Source of the DNA: Macrostomum lignano
Lineage: Eukaryota
DNA: 64,000 nt
Assembly: GCA_002269645.1 (NCBI GenBank)
Contig: NIVC01001965.1
Span: forward strand, 94,254 to 158,253
Reading direction: 5' to 3'
How positions within the stretch are numbered: position 1 is the first letter of the stretch; every line of letters starts with the position of its first letter. The notes under the pieces are model-generated. The model was not told the DNA's origin, did no database searches, and saw only the letters and a list, made by a program, of their open reading frames with translations. This document shows positions 25,163 to 38,116 of this stretch, piece by piece. A program made the translations under genes and the position numbers.

Positions 25163-25390
25163 GTGCACCCTGGCGCACATTAAGCGACATTGTGAGGCGC
25201 AATACTGCCCATTCCGCCGACTCCCCTGAGCAGGCACACAAGCTCGCGGATACGCACACAGCCAGTGTACAGCGGCCCTAACTTTATTTATCGTTAGGCA
25301 TGTACACTTCACTGCGCCTTTGGGGTTGGGGGTTGGGCCTCAAAAGTGTTAATTGCACGAGCAGAGCCAAACCGAGATTCCAATCAGACC
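25163..25390. mobile_element. Dispersed SINE-like family 2 (other copies ~31185-31310, 39875-40700, 41140-41330, 43445-43630, 45340-45480)
   Basis: Shared CACCCTGGCGCA, GCCCATTCCGCCGACTC, GTGTACAGCGGCCCT and TTGCACGAGCAGAGCC segments in both orientations. A reverse B-box-like GGAATCGAGCC lies at ~43611. Confidence 0.55.
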
Positions 25391-26814
25391 ACTTAGGCTG
25401 TCCTAGCGAAGGAAGTTCTGGAAATGAAATAAAAATTATTAAACAGACGCGTTGCAACTATTAATAGAACGTTGCAAACTACCGTTTGAAAGAAAAACTA
25501 CCGAAATCAGGACGAATATTCCTTTCGTGAACTCTAAATATTACGATTTTGACATTTTGACAAAAGATTTATTCAGAAATTTTTTTATCAAATCGTAATT
25601 AGATTCACGAACGACTGAACGCAAAATTCGCATTAGCGTGTCAATTAAATGAAGATTTAAAAAATAGGACTGAATCTAATTATTCTACGACCTAATTCAA
25701 ATTAATCAAATACGCTTGTAACTAGAGAAAAATCTTGTAGAATAGAAAAAAAATTGATGCAGCGCAGGCCGCTGGAATGTCGTGACAGAGTTAAACGGAA
25801 ATGAATAAGCTTATCCGAGAATGCCGAACCAAATCAAGCAGTTTTTTCTACCTTTTCACCCACCGTCCGAGTTACGAATCTTTTTTGCCAACAATTTTTT
25901 TGCTTTGCAGTCGTATCGAATTAAATATTAATTGCCAATTATATTGTTTCCTACTACTCGTCACCAGTAGGAAAGAATAGACAAAATCTAAAATTCAGCA
26001 GCCAGCGTCTTGTCAGCCAAAGACGATTGTAGTATACCAGCTTTTCTTGCGAGCTAATCGAAATTTCTGCTGTTTGGGCTCGTTCAGCTAATTATAAATG
26101 ACTTATGTCAGAGAACTTGCGACCTGACTCATTCAGATAGGTCTCACGAAGAGCAAACCCTTCGGTTTCTGCCTTGAGTCCTTAAATAAGAGAAACTTGT
26201 CAGGCAAGCATTGCTATGATGTGGGCAGGGTTTATCCTTGATCCTCGGGTCTCTCTCCAAGCACAGGTGGCTCTCACGTGCATGCTCGGCTAAGCATTTG
26301 AATTCCCAATGATTTGAATTACAGTTCCATTAGTAATTTCTAATTCAAGGTTTTAATTCAGCTCTAAGACGCGGAACTGTTCAGGTGGTTACAGCGTACT
26401 GGTTTCGAATCTGGTGCACTGAATCGCTGTCAGAATGTCTGCCCCAACGCTTGCGGACATGCCCGAGTCTGACATCGACATATGCTGCCTCACACCGCCA
26501 ACTGACATGCAAAACAATCGAGTGTCAAATTTCCTGGTGTTGCATTTCGCCCATATCTGGTTTCTGCATTTTGTCTTTGCTTTTTTTCTTTGGAATAATT
26601 CATTTCATAATTTCGCCTCAAGGCATGAAAATCAAAAAATCAGTAAAGGACTTGCAGAAGCATTTTTTGGTTAGTCCATTCTGCCTATCGGTTCCACACC
26701 AAATCATGGGCTGCTTTCTTGAGATCAAGATTTCATGAGCTCCAAGTATCGTCGAAAAGTCACTTTCAGGATTACAAGAAGTTTAGAGCGTGCACAACAC
26801 AAGTAGAAGGCCGG

Positions 26815-27740
26815 ACACTGCACTCGCTAACCGTGCAGATTTGGCTTTAGGGATTGCAATCCAGGGATCTCGAAATCCCGTTATTATTTTTACAAAAAGT
26901 TTTATAATATGAACATAATTAGGCCCACAGCTAGTTCATTATACTGCGCTAATTTTCGTTAATTGCCTCACGTAGCGTGGCGCCTTTTTTAAACCCCGCA
27001 TCACAGATTTAAATGTGAAATTTATTCCAATGTAAATTTTGATATTTCATTTGCATCTTTACTACTAATTAGTACTTTTTATACTACTTATTAACTTACT
27101 TAAATACGTCACAAGATAATGCTGTTTTTCATCTGCAAAAAGATAACTATCTCTATAATAATCGAAAATGAAGCAAAAACACGTTTAGCGCATATTTTGC
27201 CATTTTGTCTTGAAATTTCAACCCAGAAGCTTAAAAATCTGTATTTTTCTGATCACGGGATCGCATAAAACCGGGATTTTGCAATCCCTAATTTCGCTGC
27301 GAAATGCACTGGCGAGATGGGAAGTTTTCAGTTTTTCAGCACTGAATTCCCAATTTCTCACCTGCTGGACTTCCGAATTGCAAATGCAGCCAGTAGGTGT
27401 TTTTTGTCAAAGATTTGCATTTTGCACAGCGCTGACTGGGGTTTGGCCATAGACAGATCTGTCCAGACAAAACACTGCAGAGACAGGAGCGGCTGCAATT
27501 TCGCCGCAACTTTGCTTGCTTGCCGGTCTCCGGCAGCAGTTCATGAAAAAGCAGCTTGATAAACTTGTGAGCGCAGCTTGGACAAAACACCTGCTGGCTG
27601 CATTTGCAATTCGGAAGTACAGCAGGTGAGATATTGGGAATTCAGTGCTGAATAACTGGAAACTTCCCATCTCGCCAGTGCATTTCGCAGCGAAATCTGC
27701 ACGATCTGCAAGTGCAGCGGCCCTCTGCTTTAGCTGTCCA
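26815..27740. mobile_element. Palindromic MITE, copy 2, with a nested insertion
   Basis: Homologous to 20148-20580, with the core inverted. The left end is split by the insertion at 26848-27290. Confidence 0.7.
26848..27290. mobile_element. MITE with TAGGGATTGCAA termini (hAT-like)
   Basis: 12-bp TIR TAGGGATTGCAA / TTGCAATCCCTA. Imperfect duplication ATTTGGCT(T) / ATTTCGCT at the flanks. Confidence 0.7.
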
Positions 27741-28484
27741 TGACTTCAACCTTGTAAAACTTCGAGCATACTCATGACCTAATTTTGGTTTAGTAGTCCA
27801 CGAATAAATTAAGAATATTTGAATAACAAAAATCAGCTGATTGTTAAGCATTATGATTCTATTTATAATATAAGTGGGCAGACGAAGGCAGACATGTACA
27901 ATGGCATCAAAATAATTTTTGTTTTTAATGAAAGAAAAGTTCAGAAGAGCCTATTTACACCACCACTATACTCGGCAACAGTCAAAGTGAGCACCCCTAG
28001 CGATAGGGGCGACTTTTGCGGCTCGAAAGAGAGGGAAATTCATGCCCTCGATAGGGTGCTTGCCTGATTTGAACTGAGAGTTGAGAAGTAGCCTCACGCT
28101 AAAGATTATGCTATTTACTGTTGTCCTAGCAATACGATAAATATACGTTCCTTACCGGCCTTTCTAAGAAAACGTGTTGCGCCTTTCTTCTCCAGTTTCG
28201 GATTGCAACAAGCATAAAATTCCAAAAAAGCATTTTTTGCTTCTGACTTCTTTGGCTGAGCAAAAATAACTCAGATGAATACGAGGTGTTGCTCGCAGCA
28301 TACTACTCAGCGTTACGACCTTAGCAGTAGAAGGATGCGAATATTTCTTCATAATTGAACAATGCCCAACCAGACGGTATCTACAGGATCGCAAAGCAAT
28401 TATTTGGATCCAGATCAAATTTGGGGAGGAAGTTTGAAAACCGACGGGATCGCAAAATACAGCTGCCGTGGCGTGCCGTTTTGG

Positions 28485-29028
28485 AGAGAGGAGAGGAGAG
28501 CAGAGGAGGAGAGGAGAGGAGAGGAGAGGAGAAGAGAGCAGAGGAGAGGAGAGTAGAGGAGAGCAGAGGAGGAGAGGAGAGGAGAGGAGAGGAGAGGAGA
28601 GCAGGGGAGAGGAGAGTAGAGGAGAGCAGAGGAGGAGAGGAGAGGAGAGGAGAGGAGAGGAGAGGAGAGGAGAGGAGAGGAGAGGAGAGCAGAGGAGAAG
28701 AGGAGAGGAGAGGAGAGGAGAGGAGAGGAGAGGAGGAGAGGAGAGCAGAGCAGAGCAGAGGAGAGGAGAGGAGAGGAGAGGAGAGGAGAGGAGAGGAGAG
28801 GAGAGGAGGCGAGAGGAGAGGAGAGGAGAGCAGAGCAGAGGAGGAGAGGAGAGGAGAGCAGAGCAGAGGAGAGGAGAGGAGAGGAGAGGAGAGGAGAGGA
28901 GAGGAGAGGAGAGGAGGCGAGAGGAGAGGAGAGGAGAGCAGAGCAGAGGAGGAGAGGAGAGCAGAGCAGAGCAGAGGAGAGGAGAGGAGAGAAGAAGAGG
29001 AGAGAGGAGAGGCGGAGAGGAGAGGAGA
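28485..29028. repeat. (GAGAG)n-type purine microsatellite
   Basis: Seen directly. It lies just downstream of the APBA-like stop codon. Confidence 0.95.
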
Positions 29029-29156
29029 CGTGTGCGCGCCTTTTTTAGCCGTCCCTCTCACGGGGTCCTCTTGTGACACCGCTGTGCCACAGCCCAACCC
29101 CAATAACTGGTGGCCATCGCAGTTTTCCATGCATTTGAGCAGCGCTCTATCTGAGC

Positions 29157-29912
29157 TCAAACATATCGCGGCGAATCCAGCCCGGTCAGCAGTCTGTACA
29201 CCGCCTCCGGCATGGTTCTCAGTCGGACTTCGCCCACAGCCGAGGCCAGGGCGGCCACGATCCGGTCGTGCGGGGCGGCCGCCACCGACCGGCCGTCGAT
29301 CTCCACTATCCGGTGGCCGATTCGGACGCCGCCGCGCTCGGCCACGCCGCCGCGGAGCAGGGCGCAGACGACGCCGTCGCGGACGCTGAAGCCGAGCGGC
29401 CGGCGAGGATCCAAACGCTGGATGACGGCCTCGGACACGGGCGGCCGGGGCAGTACGCTTAGTCGGACAGTAGCGGCCGAGCGGCAGGCCCGAAGCCGAC
29501 GTCTGCAGGCGGCCAGCGGCAGGCCGACCAGACTGGTGCCGTCCACCGCCAGCAAAAAGTCGCCGACGCTGAGCTGTCCGGAGCGAACAGCCGGGCCGCC
29601 TGGCCGGAGGTTGGCCAGTAGGACGGACGGCAGCAGGGCGCCCCAGCCGCTATCGACAAGGGCGATGCCGAGTGCTTCGCCGCGCTCCTTATAGATTGTC
29701 ACCTCTAACGGCGCGGTGTCCTCCAAGCCGTTGTCGCTGTCGTCAACCTGGTCGTTGTCGTTGTCGAAGTCGACTCTGACAGCGGAGGTGCCGCTGACGC
29801 TGTCGCCGTCGTTGCCCGGCGTCGTCTTTGGCGGCACGGCGCCGCCGCGGCGCACGAATTGCGCGTAGGCGGCGTTGAACGCGCAGCCAATGGTGTGCGC
29901 CACCTGCGAGGC
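29157..29912 (-). CDS. APBA: Mint/X11/LIN-10 last exon (end of PTB, PDZ1, PDZ2)
   Basis: ASQVAHTIGCAFNAAY, DSGWGALLPSVLLAN, GTSLVGLPL, LGFSVRDGVVCALLRGGVAERGGVRIGHRI, MPEAVYRLLTG..RYV-stop. Acceptor CCGCCAG. Confidence 0.93.
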   Translation of the reverse strand, partial: ASQVAHTIGCAFNAAYAQFVRRGGAVPPKTTPGNDGDSVSGTSAVRVDFDNDNDQVDDSDNGLEDTAPLEVTIYKERGEALGIALVDSGWGALLPSVLLANLRPGGPAVRSGQLSVGDFLLAVDGTSLVGLPLAACRRRLRACRSAATVRLSVLPRPPVSEAVIQRLDPRRPLGFSVRDGVVCALLRGGVAERGGVRIGHRIVEIDGRSVAAAPHDRIVAALASAVGEVRLRTMPEAVYRLLTGLDSPRYV

Positions 29913-30070
29913 CTGGCGGGTGTGGTGCGTGGAATTGGCGCCAATTCAAATTATTAATTTACCGCATGCACGCGGACAAGTACGTACGTGCCCAGGAAGC
30001 GAACCCAATGTACTTTAGCACTAGAATCGGACGCGGCGCCAGTGTGCTGCCCTGTCCCCTTATTGCTCAC

Positions 30071-30304
30071 CTGTTCTGTGTGGAACAGGTGGCAAACCAC
30101 TTTGCACGGGCCGGCAGTCCCTGTGGGGCAGCCGGCTCGCCTGACCATGAGCACCAGCAGGTTGTCCATGTCGGCCGTGTGAGTCACCGTCCGCAGGGCG
30201 TGGTCCATCATGGCCAGCCTGGATGTCGGGTTCAGCACCATCAGGCGTTCGATGGACACGAATAGATCTACAGGCACGCTGGGCTGCTTCTCGCCGTCTG
30301 GTGC
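30071..30304 (-). CDS. APBA: Mint/X11 PTB exon
   Basis: APDGEKQPSVPVDLFVS...MMDHALRTV...KVVCHLFHTEQ. Acceptor CCGCAG, donor GTGAGC, both phase 0. Confidence 0.92.
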
Positions 30305-30465
30305 CTGCGGTGGCAGAGAAATTAGCGTGAAAATATTGTTGACCTTTGTAGGACTAAAAGTACTAGTAATATGCTGATTAGAAACAGCAGCGCTTCAGGC
30401 AAACTGAAGTCTTTAATCAACTGTAGCTGATGGTTGAACTAACCAATGAATCAACAACAGCAGCA

Positions 30466-31074
30466 AGGTGCTAAAACAGTCCCAAAGGTGCTAAAACAGT
30501 CCCAAAGGTGCTAAAACAGTCCCAAAGGTGCTAAAACAGTCCCAAAGGTGCTAAAACAGTCTCAAAGGTGCTAAAACAGTCTCAAAGGTGCTAAAACAGT
30601 CCCAAAGGTGCTAAAACAGTCCCAAAGGTGCTAAAACAGTCCCAAAGGTGCTGAAACAGTCCCAAAGGTGCTAAAACAGTCCCAAAGGTGCTACAACAGT
30701 CCCAAAGGTGCTACAACAGTCCCAAAGGTGCTAAAACAGTCCCAATGGTGCTACAACAGTCCCAAAGGTGCTAAAACAGTCCCAAAGGTGCTACAACAGT
30801 CCCAAAGGTGCTACAACAGTCCCAAAGGTGCTAAAACAGTCCCAAAGGTGCTAAAACAGTCCCAAAGGTGCTACAACAGTCCCAAAGGTGCTACAACAGT
30901 CCCAAAGGTGCTAAAACAGTCCCAAAGGTGCTAAAACAGTCCCAAAGGTGCTACAACAGTCCCAAAAGAGCTAAGACAGTCCCAAAGGTGCTACAACAGT
31001 CCCAAAGGTGCTACAACAGTCCCAAAGGTGCTACAACAGTCCCAAAAGAGCTAAGACAGTCCCAAAGGTGCTAA
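30466..31074. repeat. 20-bp minisatellite (CTAAAACAGTCCCAAAGGTG)n
   Basis: Seen directly, inside an APBA intron. Confidence 0.97.
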
Positions 31075-31453
31075 AAAAGACAGTGCCAACAGCAGCGTCA
31101 CAAGGGTGCTTGGGCGTCAGCCAGTAGACAGTAGACGAAACACCCAAAGCACAGAGAGTGCACACGCCTGGCGATTAGAAAGTCAAAGGGCCGGTGTACA
31201 CCCTGTGTGAGCGTCTGCGTACAGAATTCAGCGGAATGAGCAGAATTGCCCCAACGCTGGTGTTGTGGGACGATGCCGCCGAAGGCTTTGCTCCGGGCGC
31301 CCTCAACTAGCAGAATAGCAGAAGCCTTAAAATACAGAGCTCCGTCGCGCAAAGCTACAGAGCATTGCAGACATTGGGAAGCTGGTGAACTTTCTGTCAC
31401 TTTCCAGTCACAACCGGCGGTTGATCTTCAATGCTGAACGCTTCCCGGCTCAC

Positions 31454-31608
31454 CTTGATGCGCACGACCGCCTCCTGAGCCAGGGCCATTCGCGTTGCCC
31501 GACTCGGCCGCGCCTCCAGCGCCAGCTGCGTGGAGCCCAGGTAGGCCGCCCGGTGCAGCAGGCCGCGCAGGCGGGCCGACGGTGGCTTCTCCGGGTGCCG
31601 CATCGAGA
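31454..31608 (-). CDS. APBA: Mint/X11 exon, start of PTB domain
   Basis: AAYLGSTQL...RMALAQEAVVRIK parallels the X11 pattern ANYLGSTQL...RMMQAQEAVSRIK. Acceptor TTCCAG, donor GTGAGC. Confidence 0.9.
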
Positions 31609-32984
31609 CTGGAATGCGTTTCCATGACAAGGCGCTTCACAAGCTCGAAACTTTATGCATGTATTGTCCATTATGAATTTCGAATTTCTAATTTGAAATT
31701 TCGAAATTTAATTTCCAATGATGAATTATGATTGTATTATTGATGAATTTAGAATTTAAAATTTAAAATTTGGACTTCTGATATTACACTACAAAACTAT
31801 GCATCTATTGCTACTCACAGTAGACGAAAATAGTTTTCAGTTTCTAGGTTGATGATTCAGAAGTAGAATAGCACCAAATAAGTTTGCAAAGATATAGCCT
31901 TTTGCAGCTCATTTGGGTTTATACGCATTGAATTTAATCCAAGATGCGTTTGCCAAAGTACTGGAGCTTTTGTCTGTGGTGGCAAGGTTGGCACAGCGGC
32001 ATTTAATGGAGGCTTGCAGGAGCCAGATGAGACCCATGAGAATCGTGGACCTGATTCTAGACTGTCGAACGAACGACAAGGGCTTGTGATCGAATTTGTT
32101 TTAGTTAAAATTGACCAGATTGTATTTTTGACGTCACCTTGTATTGGTGCAGTGAAAAGAACTGAAAATTCACACGAGTTTCCAGTGCAGGCGTTTATGT
32201 ACTTAATGTTTTCGTGCTTACAATGCCATCATTAGACGTGGCGCATGATCAGCAATACTGCGCTCCCAGGTCTATACAGAGCCAGATGTATCAATAGACG
32301 AAGCTAAGACTTCCCGAAAACATTTATATCCCATTTTTCTCCGGCAAGATAATCCCAGTCGTGGGCCGAGATCCCACTAGAAGATTAAGGGAACTGTCGC
32401 ACGCAACTGGGGGGGGAGATCGGGTGTTGAGTCCTCTTTACTCATCTCCTTCTCCTCCCCCGACTCCGCTCCCAGCTGCTCAGCTGCTCCATATTATGCA
32501 GCGGCGGCAACCTCTCTCTCTCCTCTCCTCTCTCCAGAATCTCTCCAAGGGGGGATTTTAAATTTCGGGCCGACACAGAGACAGGAATACGGCTCTATCC
32601 CGGATGCGGAGGCCGGGGTTCGCGTGTTTTAAAGCAACGAATGGCGCACAAGTATTAAAATTGAAAACCTGGGATGGCTGCACCTGGGGACAGCAAAAGC
32701 CTCCCTTAAGCCTCCATCTCGTGCAGCTTAGCGTCTTTTTTCCTTCTTTATAGGATTTTTCTGCCCGCCCAAAGAACCAGAGACTTTTGGGGTTGTTCCC
32801 GAAAGCTAGGCATGAAATGGGAGAGCTGAATAATAGTAGTTTTTCGCCGCGGTTTTAACCACGTGGGGTGTGGGTCAAGTCAAGGGCAATAAATTTTAAG
32901 TCCATTGTCAGACTTACCATCACTTTCCATTCTCATGCTTGCACCCTCCCCAACTTTTCACCTCGAACACCAACACTGCTTCTG

Positions 32985-33860
32985 GCACTGTCAGTGTGTG
33001 TGCCAATCAAACTGTCAGTGTGTGTGCCAATCAAACTGCCAGTGTGTGTGTGCCAATCAAACTGCCAGTGTGTGTGTGCCAATCAAACTGTCAGTGTGTG
33101 TGCCAATCAAACTGCCAGTGTGTGTGTGCCAATCAAACTGCCAGTGTGTGTGCCAATCAAACTGCCAGTGTGTGTGCCAATCAAACTGCCAGTGTGTGTG
33201 CCAATCAAACTGTCAGTGTGTGTGCCAATAAAACTGCCAGTGTGTGTGTGCCAATCAAACTGTCAGTGTGTGTGCCAATCAAACTGCCAGTGTGTGTGTG
33301 CCAATCAAACTGCCAGTGTGTGTGTGCCAATCAAACTGCCAGTGTGTGTGCCAATCAAACTGCCAGTGTGTGTGTGTGCCAATCAAACTGCCAGTGTGTG
33401 TGCCAATCAAACTGCCAGTGTGTGTGCCAATCAAACTGCCAGTGTGTATGCCAATAAAACTGCCAGTGTGTGTGCCAATCAAACTGTCAGTGTGTGTGCC
33501 AATCAAACTGCCAGTGTGTGTGTGCCAATCAAACTGTCAGTGTGTGTGCCAATCAAACTGCCAGTGTGTGTGCCAATCAAACTGCCAGTGTGTGTGCCAA
33601 TCAAACTGCCAGTGTGTGTGCCAATCAAACTGTCAGTGTGTGTGTGTGTGCCAATCAAACTGCCAGTGTGTGTGTGTGCCAATCAAACTGCCAGTGTATG
33701 TGCCAATCAAACTGCCAGTGTGTGTGCCAATCAAACTGCCAGTGTGTGTGCCAATCAAACTGCCAGTGTGTGTGCCAATCAAACTGCCAGTGTGTGTGCC
33801 AATCAAACTGTCAGTGTGTGTGTGCCAATCAAACTGCCAGTGTGTGTGTGTGCCAATCAA
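32985..33860. repeat. Compound minisatellite CCAATCAAACTGCCA(GT)n, ~22-28-bp units
   Basis: Seen directly. The (GT) run length varies between units. Confidence 0.95.
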
Positions 33861-34744
33861 AAGCCTCATAGTAACAGACTAGCAATCTAGCGCCCCCTTC
33901 GGGGTGGCCAATAAGCAAGGGACGAATCCTTTAAAATGAAGTGAATTCTTAGGGAGGGGGCTAGGAATCGAATTCTCATTTTAATTCTGGGCTTATGTAC
34001 CAATAAAACATGCGAATCACAGCACTATAACGATTCCCTCCAAGCTTTGACATCGTAGCAATTCCCAAATGAATCTTTTAACTTTGACATGACTTTTCTT
34101 TTATGTATACATAGTGCTTCTTTTCTTTTTTACATGACTCTTCTTCTATCAGCGCCCCCCCGTGGCGAGCCAACAAAGAATGCAATAAAAAAATTAAGTA
34201 AAGTACATGTACTTTGAAGTAGCTTCTGACTTTTACTTTGACATCTCAGAAAACCCCCCTGTAATCTCAGTTATTCTCTGTGAGCCTTGACGTCTCAGTA
34301 ATTCTCCCCAGCACAGCACTATAGCTTCTTTTGATTTTTACATGACGCCTCATAGTAACAGATGAAGTTTATTCTTAACTGCAGTCAGCCTACAGCTGTC
34401 TGAACAAAGGAAGCATGCGGAAGAGCCTTGAATTTGCTGCGTTACGGCTAGGAGAAGAAGATAGAAATTGAAGAGACACGAAAAGCATTGGAAAAGAGGC
34501 TTTCTTGCGCTCAGCATCTGGTCCTTACTCGGCCATCTGCGCGAGAGCGAAATGGCCTTTGAGGGAGCCTTTTGCTGTCCGGGTCCAATTATTTCTTCGG
34601 CTATTAAAGCTGCTGAGGAAACTGGCTGTCTGCTAGGAGAATGATGGAAATCTACATTCGCTTTAAAGGAAAAGGTAAAATATTTTATTTGTCCTGCACT
34701 GTCCAGTACCATCTTTCATGTAGACACGCTTTCATCTAGCGGAG

Positions 34745-35517
34745 ACTCTGTAGAGTCTGACAGTGTCTTGTAGAATCTGACAGTATCTTGTAGAATCTGA
34801 CAGTGTCTTGTAGAATCTGGCAGTGTCTTGTAGAGTCTGACAGTGTCTTGTAGAGTCTGACAGTGTCTTGTAGAGTCTGACAGTGTCTTGTAAAACCTGA
34901 CAGTGTCTTGTAGAATCTGACGGATTCTGTCTGAATCTGGCAGGGTCTTGAAGAGTCCGACAGTGTCTTGTATAGTCTGACAGTGTCTTGTAGAGTCTGA
35001 CAGTGTCTTGTAGAATCTGACAGTGTCTTGTAGAATCTGGCAGTGTCTTGTAGAGTCTGACAGTGTCTTGTAGAGTCTGACAGTGTCTTGTAGAGTCTGA
35101 CAGTGTCTTGTAAAACCTGACAGTGTCTTGTAGAATCTGACGGATTCTGTCTGAATCTGGCAGGGTCTTGAAGAGTCCGACAGTGTCTTGTATAGTCTGA
35201 CAGTGTCTTGTAGAGTCTGACAGTGTCTTGTAGAGTCTGACAGTGTCTTGTAGAGTCTGACAGTGTCTTGTAGAGTCTGACAGTGTCTTGTAGAGTCTAA
35301 CAGTGTCTTGTAGAATCTGACAGTGTCTTAAAGAGTCTGACAGTGTCTTGTAGAGTCTGGCAGTGTCTTGTAGAACCTGACAGTGTCTTGTAGAGTCTGA
35401 CAGTGTCTTGTAGAATCTGACAGTGTCCTGTAGAATCTGACAGTGTCCTGTAGAATCTGACAGTGTCCTGTAGAATCTGACAGTGTCCTGTAGAATCTGA
35501 CAGTGTCCTGTAGAATC
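34745..35517. repeat. 20-bp minisatellite (TAGAGTCTGACAGTGTCTTG)n
   Basis: Seen directly. A variant block repeats at 34891 and 35111 (220 bp apart). Confidence 0.97.
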
Positions 35518-35519
35518 TT

Positions 35520-35800
35520 GACGACTTGAAGGTCGGGGGTTCGATTCCTGATCCTATTTGAACAATTTGTGTCCTTGAGCAAGACATTTAACTCTGCATT
35601 GCTTCAGTTCACCCAGCTGTAAAATGGGTGCCAACATTAGCTGGGGTAACTGAGGCTGTGTGTGGCGACCCCCCAGTCCTTGGACTGAACAGCCGTACGC
35701 AGCCTTCAGATGCGCTGCGCAAATAGCTGCGGCTGAGCTGTCGGTTGCACATCTGGCCCAATTGGGGCAGGTGTAATCAATTGTTATTATTGTTATAATT
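35520..35800 (+). mobile_element. tRNA-derived SINE family 1, second copy (5' truncated)
   Basis: GGTTCGATTCC B box, TGTGTCCTTGAGCAAGACA, CACCCAGCTGTAAAATGGGTG central segment and a TTA-rich tail. Confidence 0.7.
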
Positions 35801-36031
35801 ATAATAATTATTAATATTAGTATTAATTATATTGACACCTAATTGTAGACTATAATAATAATATTATTTCATCAGAAATTCATACAGATTATTTCATACA
35901 GATTATTATTATAGTCTGACAATGTCTTGTAGAATCTGACAGCATCTTAAAGAGTCTGACAGTACTCTAACCTGTAGAACCTGTAGATTCTACAAGAAGC
36001 AAGAGGTTCGAACCAATGAAAATCAGCTCAC

Positions 36032-36172
36032 ATTTTTTGCCGCAGCTTCTTGGCGTCTGCATCATCCAATCGTCATCGCTGTCAGCTTCATCCATTTTCG
36101 GCGGCTTTCCAGCAGCCTCCGCTGTTGCTAAGCCTTCATCACCCGCATCCGATGAGTCCGTGCCCACTGAGC
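36032..36172 (-). CDS. Candidate upstream exon of the APBA-like gene (acidic, low complexity)
   Basis: ACCGCAG acceptor, GTGAGC donor, phase 1-1. Reads SVGTDSSDAGDEGLATAEAAGKPPKMDEADSDDDWMMQTPRSCGKK and is phase-compatible with the 31608 acceptor. Confidence 0.5.
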
Positions 36173-36675
36173 CTGCGGTTTTAAGTGAAAAAAAATCCGA
36201 TCAATTATAAAGTCGTAGACATTTGCTAGCTATAGCAGAAAACGGCGATAAACGCTAATTATGCTACTTAAAATAGGCGTTAAAAGTCTGCAGGAAAAAT
36301 CAAGCATTATTTTAGTAAATCTCTAGAAAGAGTAGCTAGAAAATCTTATATGGAATATGAGAGCAGTGCATAACTACAAAATTCAAATATGCAATGAGGA
36401 AAATACGGCAGGTGCATTTAGTCGGGTAACTACATGTACGGGCTTTAGAAATCAACAAATAGTCAACCCCGGAAGGAGCCCTTGTTTACACTGCGTGCGT
36501 TTGCCAATGGTGTCCCATACCGCCGCTTCTTCCCTAACCCGTAGCCTCTAACAGGCTTGTCAAAATTTGCTGGTGACAAAATTGAGCTGCAGAAATCTTT
36601 TAATTTTTCATTGAAAAGTTTTCGCGATAATCGACAAATGATGTTGTCATTTTTATGTGGTGGGAGCGCTTTTAC

Positions 36676-37310
36676 GAGACCTAAACTACATGAGACCTAA
36701 ACTACATGAGACCTAAACTTCATGAGACCTAAACTTCATGAGACCTAAACTTCATGAGATCTAAACTACACTAGACCTAAACTACACTAGACCTAAACTA
36801 CACTAGACCTAAACTTCATAAGACCTAAACTTCATGAGACCTAAACTACACTAGACCTAAACTTCATGAGACCTAAACTTCATGAGACCTAAACTACACT
36901 AGACCTAAACTTCATAAGACCTAAACTTCATGAGACCTAAACTACACTAGACCTAAACTTCATGAGACCTAAACTTCATGAGATCTAAACTTCATGAGAT
37001 CTAAACTATATGAGACCTAAACTTCATGAGACCTAAACTTCATGAGACTTAAACTTCATGAGACCTAAACTACATGAGACCTAAACTACACTAGACCTAA
37101 ACTTCATGAGACCTAAACTTCATAAGACCTAAACTTCATAAGACCTAAGCTTCATGGGACCTAAACTTCATGAGACCTAAACTACATAAGACCTAAACTT
37201 CATGAGACCTAAACTACATGAGACCTAAACTACATGAGACCTAAACTTCATGAGACCTAAACTACATGAGTTTTAAACTACATGAGACCTAAGCTTCATG
37301 AGACCTAAAT
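36676..37310. repeat. 16-bp minisatellite (GAGACCTAAACTTCAT)n
   Basis: Seen directly. Confidence 0.97.
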
Positions 37311-37514
37311 TTCCCAAAGCTTTTTCACGGTTAGGTGAAATTTAAGCGTCATGATAGTAGAGGCTTTAAACTTTTAGGCAATATGAAATTCAGTGTCATA
37401 TGAAACACTTCCCCCTTTGTGGAAGAGCTGGCAATTCTGGTTGGCCTCCGCTGCCGCTTGCTAAAGCGGGTTTTAAAACCACCGATTGCAAAGAGCATGT
37501 ACACCGCATAAAAA

Positions 37515-37518
<4 letters not shown>

Positions 37519-37566
<48 letters not shown>
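37519..37566. repeat. (CA)n microsatellite
   Basis: Seen directly. Confidence 0.97.
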
Positions 37567-37569
<3 letters not shown>

Positions 37570-38116
37570 CTGAGGGAGACTCGGCTCAACTGGGCAACTC
37601 CCTGTGAGACTACTTTTAAAATTCGACTCCCAACACCCGCACCGCACTGCACCAGTGCTGGTTCAGGCACCGGGCCTGCCCACCTCACCTCCTTCGAAAC
37701 TTTCCTCTATAAATCACCCTCTATACAGTTGGCGAATAGCAGTTGCACTTTAGCCCAACACACAGAGTGTGTGGGAGTTGGAGCTGATCCTTCTTTGCCA
37801 GTCGCAGCTGTCTACTCTCCCCCTCTCTCTCTCAGCGCTTAGTCACTCACTCGCTCCCACTCCATATAGTCTTATTCTTTACTTAATTCGTACTGCATGG
37901 CTTTATGTTTTTTGTGCATATCTGTATTGTAGCTGTACTCTGCGGGACTCTTGCACGAGCAATTAAATGCCTTAATGCCGTAATTTTCCTTGGGCATATT
38001 GCTTAATCTTGTGTACTCTTAGTTTGACCCTTTGCCAGTTCACGTAGTTGTCTTTAAATCATTGTGTGTCATTTTACTCGTAGCGCATACAGAGGTAAAC
38101 TGTGATCGTTGTGCTA

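Noticed and set aside
28355-29389. 344-aa plus-strand Glu/Arg-rich ORF
   Set aside because: It consists of the GAGAG microsatellite plus the antisense strand of the APBA last exon.
35520-35560. GGTTCGATTCC as a tRNA gene
   Set aside because: No A box or cloverleaf. It continues into a SINE body shared with 22630-23450.
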